This document shows, piece after piece, positions 53,400-64,000 of a DNA stretch of 64,000 bases. This DNA comes from Candidatus Omnitrophota bacterium (lineage in GTDB: Bacteria; Omnitrophota; Gorgyraeia; Zapsychrales; JANLHA01). The stretch covers positions 34,509-98,508 of the forward strand of contig JAKLFA010000003.1 in NCBI GenBank assembly GCA_022711395.1. Reading direction: 5' to 3'. Made by a program: the position numbers and the translations under genes. Every line of letters begins with the position of its first letter. The first letter of the stretch is position 1. The notes beneath the pieces are model-generated. The model was not told where the DNA came from. It made no database searches and saw nothing but the letters and a program-made list of their open reading frames with translations.

Positions 53400-55685
53400 A
53401 TGACTAGAAACGCCGTTCACAATTTGCGCCTTTTCAGATCACGAGCAGCGAAACTTTCACTGGCCTTTGGCCTGTTTTTGTCCTTTAACCCGTCGGTCCT
53501 TTCAGCACAAACACGTTCTTTAACGATCCGGACCTACCTGTCTCCGCCGATCGAAGCGTTTGACCGAATACGCCTCATACCGAACCTGCCGGCGGCAAAC
53601 GGCTCATCCTGTGACCCGGGATCGTTCTATCTGAATTCATCCGCAGGCCCATTGTTCTGCGACAACGGCACATGGCGGTCCTTCTCATCCGTATGGAGCA
53701 AGAACGACGACATTCTCACTCTGAAGAACACGGATTGGCAATACCAGCGGGTCGGCATCGGAACAAGTGAGCCTCAATTCAAGCTTTCACTGGACCAAGA
53801 CGGCGGCATCCTGGCCAAAGATGTTTTAGCGGCCGGCAGCTCCAGTTATTCGAATCCTCCTGAGATCAGAGACAGCGCCGCCCTGCTCTGGTCGCCCAGA
53901 ACTGCCAGCCTGAGAGCCGGAGAGGTGCGGGGTCCGACCCTGTGGCGCTCCACAAACATCTCGTCATATTCGACAGTTTTCGGGCTCAACAACACAACGA
54001 CCAGCGTGGGATCTGCTTACAGTTCGATCCTGGGAGGGGAAAACAACTTGATCGCGAACACAAATTTTTCAACGATCATCGGGGGCATGAATAACGCGCT
54101 CAACGCTCCCTCCTCGGGAAATTTCCAGGCGATCTTAGGCGGAAGCGGGAATCTGATCGGCAGCTATAACTGCAACGGCTGCCTGATCGGCGGAGGCCAA
54201 TCGAACACGATCAGAACAAGCTTCTATTCGGCCATCGGCGGCGGGAGCGGCAACTTCATGGACCGGGGAAACGGTTACAATGCCATTATCGGCGGTTCCG
54301 GCAATATGATCCAGCTGAACGAAAAATCTTTCATCGGCGGCGGGCAGAATAATTTATTAACAATGGAAACGCTTTATGACGCCCAAAACCTCTCGCTTAT
54401 TCCAAACTCCCAGCCCGCTTTTTCGAGCATCATCGGCGGCGGCGGGAACGGATTCACCCCTGTCAACGGCCTGCCCTCCCAGGGAAACCTGATCGGGGGA
54501 AGCGCGTATTCCATGATCGGCGGCGGGAGCGGCAATCAGGTCCGCGGCCTTTTTTATAACGTGGTTTACGGCGGGCAAAACAACCGGATCGTGGCCCTTA
54601 ACGCAAGCCTGCAGCCTAAGAATATCCACGCCAGCTCGATCGGCGGAGGAAAGTCCAATACCGTATTGAGTTCTTTTTCTCTTATCGGGGGAGGCGAAAG
54701 CAATGTCGCCGGCCTGGCAGCATCAAGCCATGAAGCCAACAGCTACGCCACAGTCATCGGCGGGTTCAACAATGAGGCCAGCGGCCACTATTCGTTTGTG
54801 GGCGGCGGGCAGAACAACACCGCCAGCGGCGACTATGCCACGGTCGGGGGCGGTAACGGCAACACCGCCAGCGGGGACTACTCTTTCGTCGGAGGAGGGT
54901 CAAGCAATTCCGCCCAGGGCGACTATTCCGCGGTATTCGGCGGCCAGAACAACGCCGCTTTCGGGGACCATTCCTTTGCCGGCGGACGCAATATGGCCGC
55001 GTTGGGGGCCCGCACCTTTATCTGGGGCCACGACGATACCGTGCGCACGGCCTCGAGAAGCGACACCTTCATCATCATGTCCCAAAAAGTCGGGTTCGGA
55101 ACCCTTGCTCCTGAGGCCAAACTGCACGTCAAGGGAAATGTCCTGATCGAATCAACATCCATCCCATATTCTTTGATCCTGAGCAATCCTCCGACGCTAA
55201 CAACATCGTCATGGCCAATGAACGTTGACACCTCCATCGGGACCATCGGCTTCGATATCGCCGAGGAGTTCGCCTCCACGCAGGCCATTTCAGCCGGAGA
55301 TGTCCTGGTAATGGACACTGAGAACCCCGGACATCTCAAAATCAGCGACACCGCCTACAGCCCCCGCGTGGTCGGAGTGGCTTCCCAGGCCCCGGCCGTG
55401 ATCCTCAAAGGGTCACAAATGGAACTGAAACCCAACGCGATCAGCTTTGAAACTGGAACGACCCCGCCCGTCGCCCTGAAAGGGCGGGTGGCCGTCAAGG
55501 TCTGCCTTGAGAACGGGCCCATCATGCCGGGGGACGCCCTCACCACCGCCTCCATTCCCGGACACGCCATGCGCGCGGCCGACAACGCGCTCTCAACAGG
55601 TGCGATCATCGGAAAAGCGCTGGAGCGCTTCGACGGCAGCGAAAACCAGACCGGCATGATCGCCGTGTTCGTTTCGTTATATTAA
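53400..55685 (+). CDS. Secreted fibrous beta-repeat protein, paralog 3.
   Basis: Signal peptide ending SVLSAQ. SSCDPGSFYLNSSAGPLFC, VGIGTSEPQFKLSL, repeats SFVGGGQNNTASGDYATVGGGNGNTASGDYSFVGGGSSNSAQGDYSAVFGGQNNAAFGD, FGTLAPEAKLHVKGN, and C-terminal GDALTTASIPGHAMRA...IIGKALERF...IAVFVSLY. Its stop overlaps the convergent rsmI stop by 4 nt. Confidence 0.7.
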   Translation: MTRNAVHNLRLFRSRAAKLSLAFGLFLSFNPSVLSAQTRSLTIRTYLSPPIEAFDRIRLIPNLPAANGSSCDPGSFYLNSSAGPLFCDNGTWRSFSSVWSKNDDILTLKNTDWQYQRVGIGTSEPQFKLSLDQDGGILAKDVLAAGSSSYSNPPEIRDSAALLWSPRTASLRAGEVRGPTLWRSTNISSYSTVFGLNNTTTSVGSAYSSILGGENNLIANTNFSTIIGGMNNALNAPSSGNFQAILGGSGNLIGSYNCNGCLIGGGQSNTIRTSFYSAIGGGSGNFMDRGNGYNAIIGGSGNMIQLNEKSFIGGGQNNLLTMETLYDAQNLSLIPNSQPAFSSIIGGGGNGFTPVNGLPSQGNLIGGSAYSMIGGGSGNQVRGLFYNVVYGGQNNRIVALNASLQPKNIHASSIGGGKSNTVLSSFSLIGGGESNVAGLAASSHEANSYATVIGGFNNEASGHYSFVGGGQNNTASGDYATVGGGNGNTASGDYSFVGGGSSNSAQGDYSAVFGGQNNAAFGDHSFAGGRNMAALGARTFIWGHDDTVRTASRSDTFIIMSQKVGFGTLAPEAKLHVKGNVLIESTSIPYSLILSNPPTLTTSSWPMNVDTSIGTIGFDIAEEFASTQAISAGDVLVMDTENPGHLKISDTAYSPRVVGVASQAPAVILKGSQMELKPNAISFETGTTPPVALKGRVAVKVCLENGPIMPGDALTTASIPGHAMRAADNALSTGAIIGKALERFDGSENQTGMIAVFVSLY

Positions 55686-56365
55686 TCTTGATGGAATAAC
55701 TCTTCCCGTTGAGAGATCAGAATGACGACCTCTCCTTTGGGCTTGCGGGACATGAAATGCTCAGAGACGGACCTGGCGTCTCCCTGGCGGACCTCTTCGA
55801 ACTTTTTTGTCAGCTCCCGGCCGACCATCACATGCGGATTGCCCAGGACCTCCGCGATATCCCCTAACGCCTTGACCAGGCGGTGCGGCGATTCATACAG
55901 AACGATCGTCCGTTCTTCACTCTTCAATTCCGTGAGCCGGCGGACGCGCCCGGAGGACTTCTGCGGCAAAAACCCTTCAAAAACAAACCTGTCCGTCGGA
56001 AATCCGGACAAGCTCAAAGCAACGACCGCCGCGCACGCGCCGGGGACCGCCGTCACTTCAATGCCCTGTTCCCTCGCCGCCCGGACCAAACGATAACCCG
56101 GATCGCTGATGGCCGGCGTGCCCGCGTCAGAGACAAGGGCCACGGACTTGCCCTCCTTCAAAAGGCCGATCAAATACTCTTCTTTATTGTTCCTGCTATG
56201 CTCAAAATAACTGGTCTGGGGAGTCTGGATCCCGAAATGTTTTAAAAGGATCCCTGTGTGGCGGGTATCTTCCGAGGCGATCAGGTCGACGGACTTTAAG
56301 ACCTCCACCGCCCGGAAGGTCATGTCCTTTAAATTTCCAATTGGAGTGGAGACGATATAAAGCAT
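55682..56365 (-). CDS. rsmI: 16S rRNA (cytidine1402-2'-O)-methyltransferase
   Basis: MLYIVSTPIGNLKDMTFRAVEVLKSVDLIASEDTRHT is the tetrapyrrole-methylase-fold RsmI N-terminus. Confidence 0.85.
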   Translation of the reverse strand: MLYIVSTPIGNLKDMTFRAVEVLKSVDLIASEDTRHTGILLKHFGIQTPQTSYFEHSRNNKEEYLIGLLKEGKSVALVSDAGTPAISDPGYRLVRAAREQGIEVTAVPGACAAVVALSLSGFPTDRFVFEGFLPQKSSGRVRRLTELKSEERTIVLYESPHRLVKALGDIAEVLGNPHVMVGRELTKKFEEVRQGDARSVSEHFMSRKPKGEVVILISQREELFHQD

Positions 56366-56372
56366 AGGCAAG

Positions 56373-56466
56373 CTAACAGATATCAATTATGTATTCCTTC
56401 GGAATGCTGAATGCCGGGTCGCGAAGCGACTCCTCAATTGTTATCTGTTCGTTGTTAATTGTTAAT
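56373..56466. repeat. Heptamer-array inverted element I. AACAGAT-ATCAATT-ATGTATT, a 40-nt core with small hairpins, then AATTGTT-ATCTGTT-CGTTGTT-AATTGTT. It lies between the glmS stop and the rsmI start.
   Basis: Read directly. AACANNN / NNNTGTT unit family, as in elements G and H. Confidence 0.65.
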
Positions 56467-56472
56467 CCTATA

Positions 56473-58305
<1,833 letters not shown>

Positions 58306-58340
58306 AATGAATGTGAACCGTGAAAGGTGAAAAGTGAAGC
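58306..58340. repeat. Tandem heptamer half-array J, forming the glmS 5' leader immediately upstream of the ATG. The mRNA sense reads GCTTCAC-TTTTCAC-CTTTCAC-GGTTCAC-ATTCATT-AUG.
   Basis: Read directly. No Shine-Dalgarno sequence lies between the array and the start codon. Confidence 0.6.
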
Positions 58341-58407
58341 GCTGATGCAACTCTAAAAAGCCGAAAAAAGCCTTTCAAATGGTGACACGCCGCTTCTCAC
58401 GCAGGGT

Positions 58408-58659
58408 TTATTTTTTTTCGACCGGTCGAATATTAACGCATGTCACGACTTTATTATACCGGTTCTTTTTACGGGTAAAATAAACTTCTCCCTCACAAGC
58501 CGCCGTCAAATGCATTTGACCGGTGACGTTGATCCCCGGCTTCCATTTATGACCCTGACGCGTCAAGACGCTTCCCGCCTTAACTGTTTGGCCGCCACTC
58601 ACTTTGAGCCCGCGTGTTTCGGTATAAAATTTTGATGTCGTCCCGCCAACTTTTGTCAT
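58408..58659 (-). CDS. rpmA: 50S ribosomal protein L27 (divergent)
   Basis: GGQTVKAGSVLTRQGHKWKPGINVTGQMHLTAACEGEVYF aligns with [43 protein letters not shown] of bL27. An AAGGAGGG ribosome-binding site lies upstream. There is no rplU partner adjacent. Confidence 0.7.
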   Translation of the reverse strand: MTKVGGTTSKFYTETRGLKVSGGQTVKAGSVLTRQGHKWKPGINVTGQMHLTAACEGEVYFTRKKNRYNKVVTCVNIRPVEKK

Positions 58660-58828
58660 AGACCCTCCTTAAACCACTTTCAAACCTATCTTTTTTTGGC
58701 AAATGAAAGGGGTCATATTACCAGAAAAAAAAGGAAATGTAAATATTTTTATTCTGGAGACCTTCTTTTTCATCCGATCAGGCCAAAACTGATCACCAAC
58801 AAAACCCGCATGCCGCTCTTAAGCCGCC

Positions 58829-59632
58829 CTAGCGGTTGGCCAAGATCGCATCGATCTCGCTCTTCAGCTCTTCCACTGTTCTGGCCATGGTCTTTTTGCC
58901 CTGAATAAAAAACGTCGGTGTGCCGCGCACATCCACGTTCATGCCCAATTGGGTGTCTTTCGCGATCAGCTCAGACCATGCCTTGTCATTGACTTCCAGG
59001 TCTTTTTTGAATTTCGCGACGTTCAAACCCAGCTGTTTGGCGAATTCCTCATACTTGGCCTGTCCGAGTTCGCGGTTGTTCTTCAAAATAAGGTCCATCA
59101 TTTCAAAATACTTCCCTTGTTCTCCAGCCGCCAGGACCGCTTTCGCGGCAGGAGCCGCCTCCTGGTGAAAAGACAGCGGGAAATGTTTGACCGCGTATTT
59201 CACTTTACCCGGGTAAGCCGCGACCGCTTCATCAAAGACCGGCTGAAAACGGGCGCTGAAAGGACATTGAAGGTCCAAAAAGCCAACGATCGCGATCGGA
59301 GCGCCGGCCTTACCTTTAAAGACAGCGCCTTCCAGCGGGATCGTATAAACTTTATCATAATCCTCTTGCGGAGGTTCCGGAGGCTGTTCAGCCGGGCGGG
59401 CATTCTTGAAGAACGCCGCGATGCCATCGATCTTTTGCTCCATGGCGGCCAAACGCCCGTTCGTGTTGGCTCCCTGAGCCACGGAACCGGAGCGCAGGAG
59501 GTTCAAGACTTCCGCCTGCTGAGCGATGATCTGAGAAAGCAGCGACTCATTGACTTTGTGCGCCAAAAGCGTGATCGCGACAAAAACAGAGATCAGGACA
59601 ACAATGGCGATCGTCATAAAACGGTTATTCAT
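58829..59632 (-). CDS. DsbA-family thiol:disulfide oxidoreductase (membrane-anchored / periplasmic)
   Basis: N-terminal signal anchor, and a thioredoxin fold with the active site CPFS (FLDLQCPFSARF). Confidence 0.75.
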   Translation of the reverse strand: MNNRFMTIAIVVLISVFVAITLLAHKVNESLLSQIIAQQAEVLNLLRSGSVAQGANTNGRLAAMEQKIDGIAAFFKNARPAEQPPEPPQEDYDKVYTIPLEGAVFKGKAGAPIAIVGFLDLQCPFSARFQPVFDEAVAAYPGKVKYAVKHFPLSFHQEAAPAAKAVLAAGEQGKYFEMMDLILKNNRELGQAKYEEFAKQLGLNVAKFKKDLEVNDKAWSELIAKDTQLGMNVDVRGTPTFFIQGKKTMARTVEELKSEIDAILANR

Positions 59633-59723
59633 TTTCTTTCCTTTCTTCCTGCGGTTTTAGCAAATACACTTCGACATTCTAACGCAATTCTTCGGAATTT
59701 TCAAACCTTATCCCCATCTTTCT

Positions 59724-60569
59724 CTAAAGCGCCACGCCCCCGTAACGGGAAACGATATGTTTGATGTCTTCCCATCGCCGGCTGCAACCGAACACCGCAA
59801 TAATGCAGACGTCCTTTCCCTTCATAAAATATCCGACAAAACAGGACTGGGCAGAACGGGTGTATCCGGTCTTTCCGTAGATCTTCTGTTTCCAGTCAAA
59901 GAACAGGATCTTATTGTGGCTCCGTAAGGCGAACGTCCGTCCTCCCAACGATTTGATCGTGCGGGATTTCTGCTTGATCGCGGAACGGAAGAACGGATGC
60001 TTGAGCGCCGCGCGGAAGATCAGATACATATCATAAGCGGTCGTGTATTGTTCCCCTTTGGAAGGCAGGCCGTGAGAATTCTGGAACCTCGTGTTCTTTG
60101 CGCCCAGCTGCTTGGCCCGCTTGTTCATCATCTGGACAAATTCCCATTCGCTGCCCGCCACCGCTTCGGCCAGAACGACCGAGGCGTCATTGGCGGATTT
60201 CAAAAGGACCGCGTATAACAGGTCTCTCACGCGGAACTTTTCCCCCGCGCGCAGATGCAGCTTGGTGGGCTGCGGAGATGTGGCGTGGCTGCTGACCGTG
60301 ACCACCTTATCCAAAGAAAGCTTTTCCAGGACCAGAAGAGCGGTCATGACCTTGGTCGTGCTCGCCGGAGAGACCTTCATGTGAACATTTTTTCCGTAAT
60401 ACCGTTCTCCTTTGGTGCTATTGGAAAAGATCGCCGCTCTCGCCGAAACAGAGCTCGCGCTGCTTTTGGCCTCGGCCAGCTGAAGATCGGCCCCGGTAAA
60501 CGCGCAGAGCGCTGATGCCAGAACACACACAACAAAAACCTTCGACCGTTGAAAGAACGAGAATGTCAT
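59724..60569 (-). CDS. D-alanyl-D-alanine carboxypeptidase (peptidase S11, PBP5/6-like)
   Basis: Signal peptide, SxxK motif SPASTTKVMTA, SxN motif (…LKSANDAS…), and a KTG motif (GKTGYT). Confidence 0.8.
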   Translation of the reverse strand: MTFSFFQRSKVFVVCVLASALCAFTGADLQLAEAKSSASSVSARAAIFSNSTKGERYYGKNVHMKVSPASTTKVMTALLVLEKLSLDKVVTVSSHATSPQPTKLHLRAGEKFRVRDLLYAVLLKSANDASVVLAEAVAGSEWEFVQMMNKRAKQLGAKNTRFQNSHGLPSKGEQYTTAYDMYLIFRAALKHPFFRSAIKQKSRTIKSLGGRTFALRSHNKILFFDWKQKIYGKTGYTRSAQSCFVGYFMKGKDVCIIAVFGCSRRWEDIKHIVSRYGGVAL

Positions 60570-61549
60570 AGCCCCCCTCTGCCGCTTTGCTCGACCGCCC
60601 GCGAAACCAGTTCAATCGCGCGGGCCACTCCGTCGGAAGGAACGACCTGCTGACCTCCCATCTTAAGGACGCACCATCCCTTTTCGGTGCTCACGATCCC
60701 GATAAAAACATGCTGCGTCAAATGCGGCTCGGAAACGACCACCTGGACCACGCCTTTTTTCTGCCTGGGGTCATAAAGAAAATCTTTGAAGATCACGGCC
60801 TGGCCGGCGCTTTCATCGGTCAGAACAAAACGCTCAGGCTCGAATTTTTGATGATAATACGCTTTCAATGAAATATCCTCCTTCAAAGGCATGTCCACGT
60901 TCCGGGCCTTTGTAAATTCCATACGGTAAAAAACATCCTGGCCGGCGGCGCGCCACTTGCGCTCAAATTTTGTGTCAAAACGCGAACCCGTTTCTTCGAG
61001 CTTCAGGTCAAAGCCCGTGTCCGCGGCCCGCGCCTGCTCTTCGATCCACTGCGCGTAGGGCAAATGGTCGGTCACGACCGTCAACGCCTTCCCCTCTTTT
61101 AAACGGCTGTTCAAAACCCGCAAAAATTCATTGGAAAACAGCCGGTGATGCTCGTGCCTGTCCTTTGGCCAAGGGCAGGGAAAAAGGCAGACCAGCTCAT
61201 CCAGCGTCCTCGGGGCGCACATCCGTTCAAAAAAGATCCACGCATCCACATGAAAGATCCTGATCCTGTCGACGGCATTCTTTCGTTCCCGTTCCTCCAG
61301 GCGCGCCACGCGCTGGCAGATCTTACGCACGCGGCCCCAATCCATCTCAATGCCGATATAGCGGCATTGCGGCCTCTCCAGGGCCTGCTGGACCAAAAAT
61401 TCCCCCTGGCCGGAGCCCACCTCGACCACAAGCTCCGAGGATCCCTGGAACAGCCGCTCGACCTGCATAGGACGCCGATATTCATGAAAGGGAACAAAGA
61501 TCTGACTCGCTACTTCGTTATCAAACACAACGCGCATCTCCACTGACAA
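60566..61549 (-). CDS. trmB: tRNA (guanine46-N7)-methyltransferase TrmB domain with a roughly 100-aa C-terminal extension of unknown function
   Basis: SAM motif LVVEVGSGQGEFLV...YIGIEM. At 327 aa it is longer than the typical 210-240-aa TrmB. Confidence 0.65.
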   Translation of the reverse strand: MSVEMRVVFDNEVASQIFVPFHEYRRPMQVERLFQGSSELVVEVGSGQGEFLVQQALERPQCRYIGIEMDWGRVRKICQRVARLEERERKNAVDRIRIFHVDAWIFFERMCAPRTLDELVCLFPCPWPKDRHEHHRLFSNEFLRVLNSRLKEGKALTVVTDHLPYAQWIEEQARAADTGFDLKLEETGSRFDTKFERKWRAAGQDVFYRMEFTKARNVDMPLKEDISLKAYYHQKFEPERFVLTDESAGQAVIFKDFLYDPRQKKGVVQVVVSEPHLTQHVFIGIVSTEKGWCVLKMGGQQVVPSDGVARAIELVSRAVEQSGRGGL

Positions 61550-61590
61550 CCATAGCCCATAGTTATATCCTGTAACCGGGAAAAAACCAA

Positions 61591-62016
61591 TTATTTTTTT
61601 AACGGTTTGATCTTCCGGTTAAAATAATCCCACCCGTGGCCGATCAAGACATCATTATAAAAGACCATCGGGACCAGCTCATTATCCGAAACTTCCCCGT
61701 CGCCGGTCTCGATCCCCAAAAGATAAAAATCCACCGCGTAAGACTTCTCTCCCTGCCGATATGTTTCTGTTTTGTAAGGATTCGCCTGCGTAATGGGGCT
61801 GTACTGCTGGGCCTGAAGGTCGGCCATCTCATAGCCCACGACAACCTGCCGGCCAAGAAGGCTGTTGACCTCGGACCTCTTTAGACCGTTGCGGACGTCG
61901 TTCAAGCTGATGAACCGCCGCGCCATCGGAGCCGCCTCCGGGACGGTCACCGCATTATAATTGACCGAACATCCGCCGCACAAAAACGCCGTGATGATCA
62001 GCGCTCGTATCTTCAT
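61591..62016 (-). CDS. Lipoprotein (about 140 aa), function unknown
   Basis: Start taken at MKIRALIITAFLCGGCS (lipobox). The track ORF has a longer N-terminus. Confidence 0.5.
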   Translation of the reverse strand: MKIRALIITAFLCGGCSVNYNAVTVPEAAPMARRFISLNDVRNGLKRSEVNSLLGRQVVVGYEMADLQAQQYSPITQANPYKTETYRQGEKSYAVDFYLLGIETGDGEVSDNELVPMVFYNDVLIGHGWDYFNRKIKPLKK

Positions 62017-62035
62017 GGAACGATCCTCCGTTTTT

Positions 62036-62485
62036 TCAATACGCTTGATGGTCCGGCCGCTGTTTCCACAGTTCAAAAAGACGGACACACTCATCCTTCA
62101 GGACCCCGCTTACGATCTCGATCCCCGCTTTTCCCAGATCATTGAGCGTGCTGTTGGAGATCCTCAGCTCGTCAAAACCCGCGTTCCCGGCATCTTCAAT
62201 GGAAGCGCCGTAAACGATCCGCCCGATGTTGGCCCAATGGATCGCGCTGAAACACATCGGACAGGGCTCGCAGGTCGAATAGATCGTGCAGCCTGACAGG
62301 TCAACCGTCCCGAGACCGGCGCATGCTTTTCGGATCACATGGACTTCCGCATGCGCTGTGATATCGGTCGTTGCCCAGACCACATTGTGCCCTCCGGCGA
62401 CCAGCCGGCCGTCCTTGACCACACAGGCCCCGAACGGGGTCTGACCGGCGCTGATCCCCGAAAGAGCCTGCTCGACAGCCGACCT
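62036..62485 (-). CDS. CMP/dCMP-type zinc deaminase (TadA / guanine-deaminase-like nucleoside deaminase)
   Basis: Zinc ligands HAEVHVI and CEPCPMC. The start was taken at MRSAVEQAL; the track ORF begins further upstream and would overlap the next gene. Confidence 0.7.
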   Translation of the reverse strand, partial: RSAVEQALSGISAGQTPFGACVVKDGRLVAGGHNVVWATTDITAHAEVHVIRKACAGLGTVDLSGCTIYSTCEPCPMCFSAIHWANIGRIVYGASIEDAGNAGFDELRISNSTLNDLGKAGIEIVSGVLKDECVRLFELWKQRPDHQAY

Positions 62486-62507
62486 CATGAATGCAAGGTC
62501 TTCGTCA

Positions 62508-64000
62508 TTATTCCTGCTCAGGGAGCCTTCCCTTTTCAATATAATCCTCCAATTCCTTGACCCGCTCGCCCAACGCGACGTTCTTGTCCAGGATATCAAA
62601 ATAATCCTTCGCCAGGTCCTCACTTTCCTGCGTCATCGTCTCGATCTTCGCGTCCCGCTCTTTTAAGAGCGCCTGAACATCACGGACCTGGATCTCCTTC
62701 TGATCGATCATTTCATACAACGAACGGATCTTGTCTTCCGACGTGTCCTTCTCCTGGGAGAACTGCCGGATCAGCTCATCCTGCGCCTTCAAGGATTCGG
62801 CCTTCAGGCGTTCGATCTCCTGATTGACAAAAATATTTTCCTTCTGCGTGGAAGCCAGCGCCGCCGTCAGTCCGTCGGCCTCTTTCTGAAGAGCGGACAG
62901 TGTCTGCTGGCGGTCAGCGACGGCCTTCTCTTTTTGAGCGAGATCCGCCTGAAGCGCCTGGATCTTCTGGGCCGCCTCGCTCTGAGCCTGGGCGATCTTC
63001 TGCGGAAGCTCTTTTTTCATCTGATCGACCGTCGACTCCAAAGACGCGATCTTCTCTTCCAAAGGCTTTTTCGCCGAAGCGATATTCTGGGCCTCTTTGG
63101 CCTTCTGCGCTTCGATCGCTTTTTGAAGACGGGCGATCTCCTCCTGCAGCGGCTTTTTCGCCTGGTCGATCTGCGGTCCGACCGAGGCCTGAAGGTCTAG
63201 GATCTGTTTCTGCGCCAACGCCGCTGAATCCTTTTCCTGCTCAAGTGACCTCTCCAGATCCAAGACCCGCGCCAAAAGGCCCGTCTTCTCGTTCTCAAGA
63301 GATCTCAACCTTTCGCCCTGCCCCTGCGAAAATTTCTGAAGCTCGGCGAGCTCGCGTTGAAGCGAGGCGATCTCATCCTGCAAAGGCTTCTTTCCTTCCG
63401 CCACCTGCTGCGTGACGGCCTTCTTCTCGTTGACCAAATCCTGCTGAAGTTTTTCGACCTGCGCCTCAAAAGAGGCTCTCATCTGAGCCAGTTTTCCGGC
63501 CTCCTCATTTTTAGACCGGACCGCCGCATCCTTCAACTGAACGATCTCATCCTGCAAAGGCTTTTTGGCATTCTCGATCTGCGGCGGGATCCCGTCCTTG
63601 ATCTTCTGAATGTCCCCGATCAGAAAAGAGATCTTCTCCTGCAAAGGCTCTTTGGCCTGAAGGATCTTGACCTCGACCGACTTTTGTTCATCCGCGAGGG
63701 CCTGTTTCAAATTCCGGATTTCCTGCTCCAGCGGCTGCTTGGCAGCAGCGGCCTGCGCTGCCCCGTCGGACTTTGCCTTCGCGAGATCGGCCTTCAACTG
63801 GTCGATCGTTTTGAATAACGGGGCCTTCGCCTCATCGATCGCCTTTTGCTGTTGGGCCTTCTGCGCCTGAAGCTGACCGTCCCATTGCTGTTCTTTGGCC
63901 TTGTGGTCCGCTTTCAGCTGTTCGATCGTCTTGGCCTGTTCCTGTTTATCTTTTGCGGACTGAGCTTCAAGCTGACCGCGCTGCTCTTCAAGTGCCCGGC
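62508..64000 (-). CDS. Long coiled-coil repeat protein, C-terminal part; the gene continues beyond the window end.
   Basis: Repeated approximately 35-45-aa units, each containing AKKPLQDEI-type motifs (AKKPLQDEIVQLKD, GKKPLQDEIASLQRELAEL, AKKPLQEEIARLQKAIEA, AKKPLEEKIASLEST). The reading frame stays open upstream of the track's TTG start at 63797 through to position 64000. Confidence 0.6.
   Translation of the reverse strand, partial: RALEEQRGQLEAQSAKDKQEQAKTIEQLKADHKAKEQQWDGQLQAQKAQQQKAIDEAKAPLFKTIDQLKADLAKAKSDGAAQAAAAKQPLEQEIRNLKQALADEQKSVEVKILQAKEPLQEKISFLIGDIQKIKDGIPPQIENAKKPLQDEIVQLKDAAVRSKNEEAGKLAQMRASFEAQVEKLQQDLVNEKKAVTQQVAEGKKPLQDEIASLQRELAELQKFSQGQGERLRSLENEKTGLLARVLDLERSLEQEKDSAALAQKQILDLQASVGPQIDQAKKPLQEEIARLQKAIEAQKAKEAQNIASAKKPLEEKIASLESTVDQMKKELPQKIAQAQSEAAQKIQALQADLAQKEKAVADRQQTLSALQKEADGLTAALASTQKENIFVNQEIERLKAESLKAQDELIRQFSQEKDTSEDKIRSLYEMIDQKEIQVRDVQALLKERDAKIETMTQESEDLAKDYFDILDKNVALGERVKELEDYIEKGRLPEQE

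Noticed and set aside
48902-55685. Prophage or tailocin origin of the fibre-like paralog cluster
   Set aside because: No capsid, terminase, baseplate, sheath or integrase genes are present. The flanks are pyrR and rsmI housekeeping genes. A distant phage origin of the domains remains possible, but this is not a prophage.
58306-58407. glmS ribozyme upstream of glmS
   Set aside because: The intergenic leader is only about 100 nt and lacks the conserved ribozyme core, so it is too short for the roughly 170-nt element.
62900-63818. Two plus-strand ORFs (171 and 153 aa) rich in L/R/D repeats
   Set aside because: They are antisense to the KKPLQDEI repeat protein, and their periodicity mirrors the sense-strand repeats.

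Overview
This 64-kb window comes from what looks like an uncultured outer-membrane-bearing (diderm) bacterium. The proteins carry Sec signal peptides and there are Omp85-type and other beta-barrel proteins. Shine-Dalgarno sites are visible upstream of several genes, for example AGGAGG before the Thx gene and AAGGAGG before pyrR and rpmA. Coding density is near 90% and almost every gene is on the minus strand. The only plus-strand block is 48902..55685.

Housekeeping content, all on the minus strand unless noted:
- The 5' end of purH, then rpsU and an NRAMP-family transporter with a standalone MgtE-N/CBS sensor-type protein.
- nth, a NAD(P)H-hydrate epimerase, era, a PfkB sugar kinase and two YjbQ-family paralogs.
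- A peptidase-M1::Omp85 beta-barrel fusion, an aminotransferase, an Lrp regulator, ilvD, a TrpB2-type trpB and ssb.
- A Firmicutes-like pyrimidine block in the order pyrR-pyrB-pyrC ... pyrK-pyrD-pyrF, with a candidate PyrR attenuator. tRNA-Arg, a LOG-like gene, mutM and a TauE-like gene are interspersed in it.
- A V-type ATPase operon in the order E, 184-aa protein, A, B, D, I, K, followed by tRNA-Val and tRNA-Asp.
- rsmI, glmS, rpmA, a DsbA-like protein, a D-Ala-D-Ala carboxypeptidase, trmB, a lipoprotein, a deaminase and a long coiled-coil repeat protein that runs off the window end.

Four things stand out:
1. A tightly coupled minus-strand operon at 20453..31569. It encodes an outer-membrane beta-barrel, a small lipoprotein and two giant secreted paralogous proteins of 1471 and 1445 aa with no recognisable family. 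An SGNH hydrolase gene sits just upstream and a terminator lies between the two giants. I read this as a candidate previously undescribed envelope or export system.
2. Three tandem plus-strand paralogs, each with a signal peptide and YadA-head / tail-fibre-like GGxN beta-repeats, sharing conserved N- and C-terminal modules.
3. A family of intergenic elements built from paired inverted arrays of tandem 7-8-nt units (GACACAN, GRCACTNN, AACAATN, GGAAAATG, GTGAAAN). They sit in essentially every junction of the V-ATPase operon and in several other junctions, typically abutting or overlapping the upstream stop codon.
4. An NRAMP-family transporter with Mg-transporter-like signatures, placed next to an MgtE-type Mg-sensing cytosolic module.

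Two small ribosomal protein genes that the ORF track missed, rpsU (S21) and a Thx-like gene, were found by reading the sequence directly.
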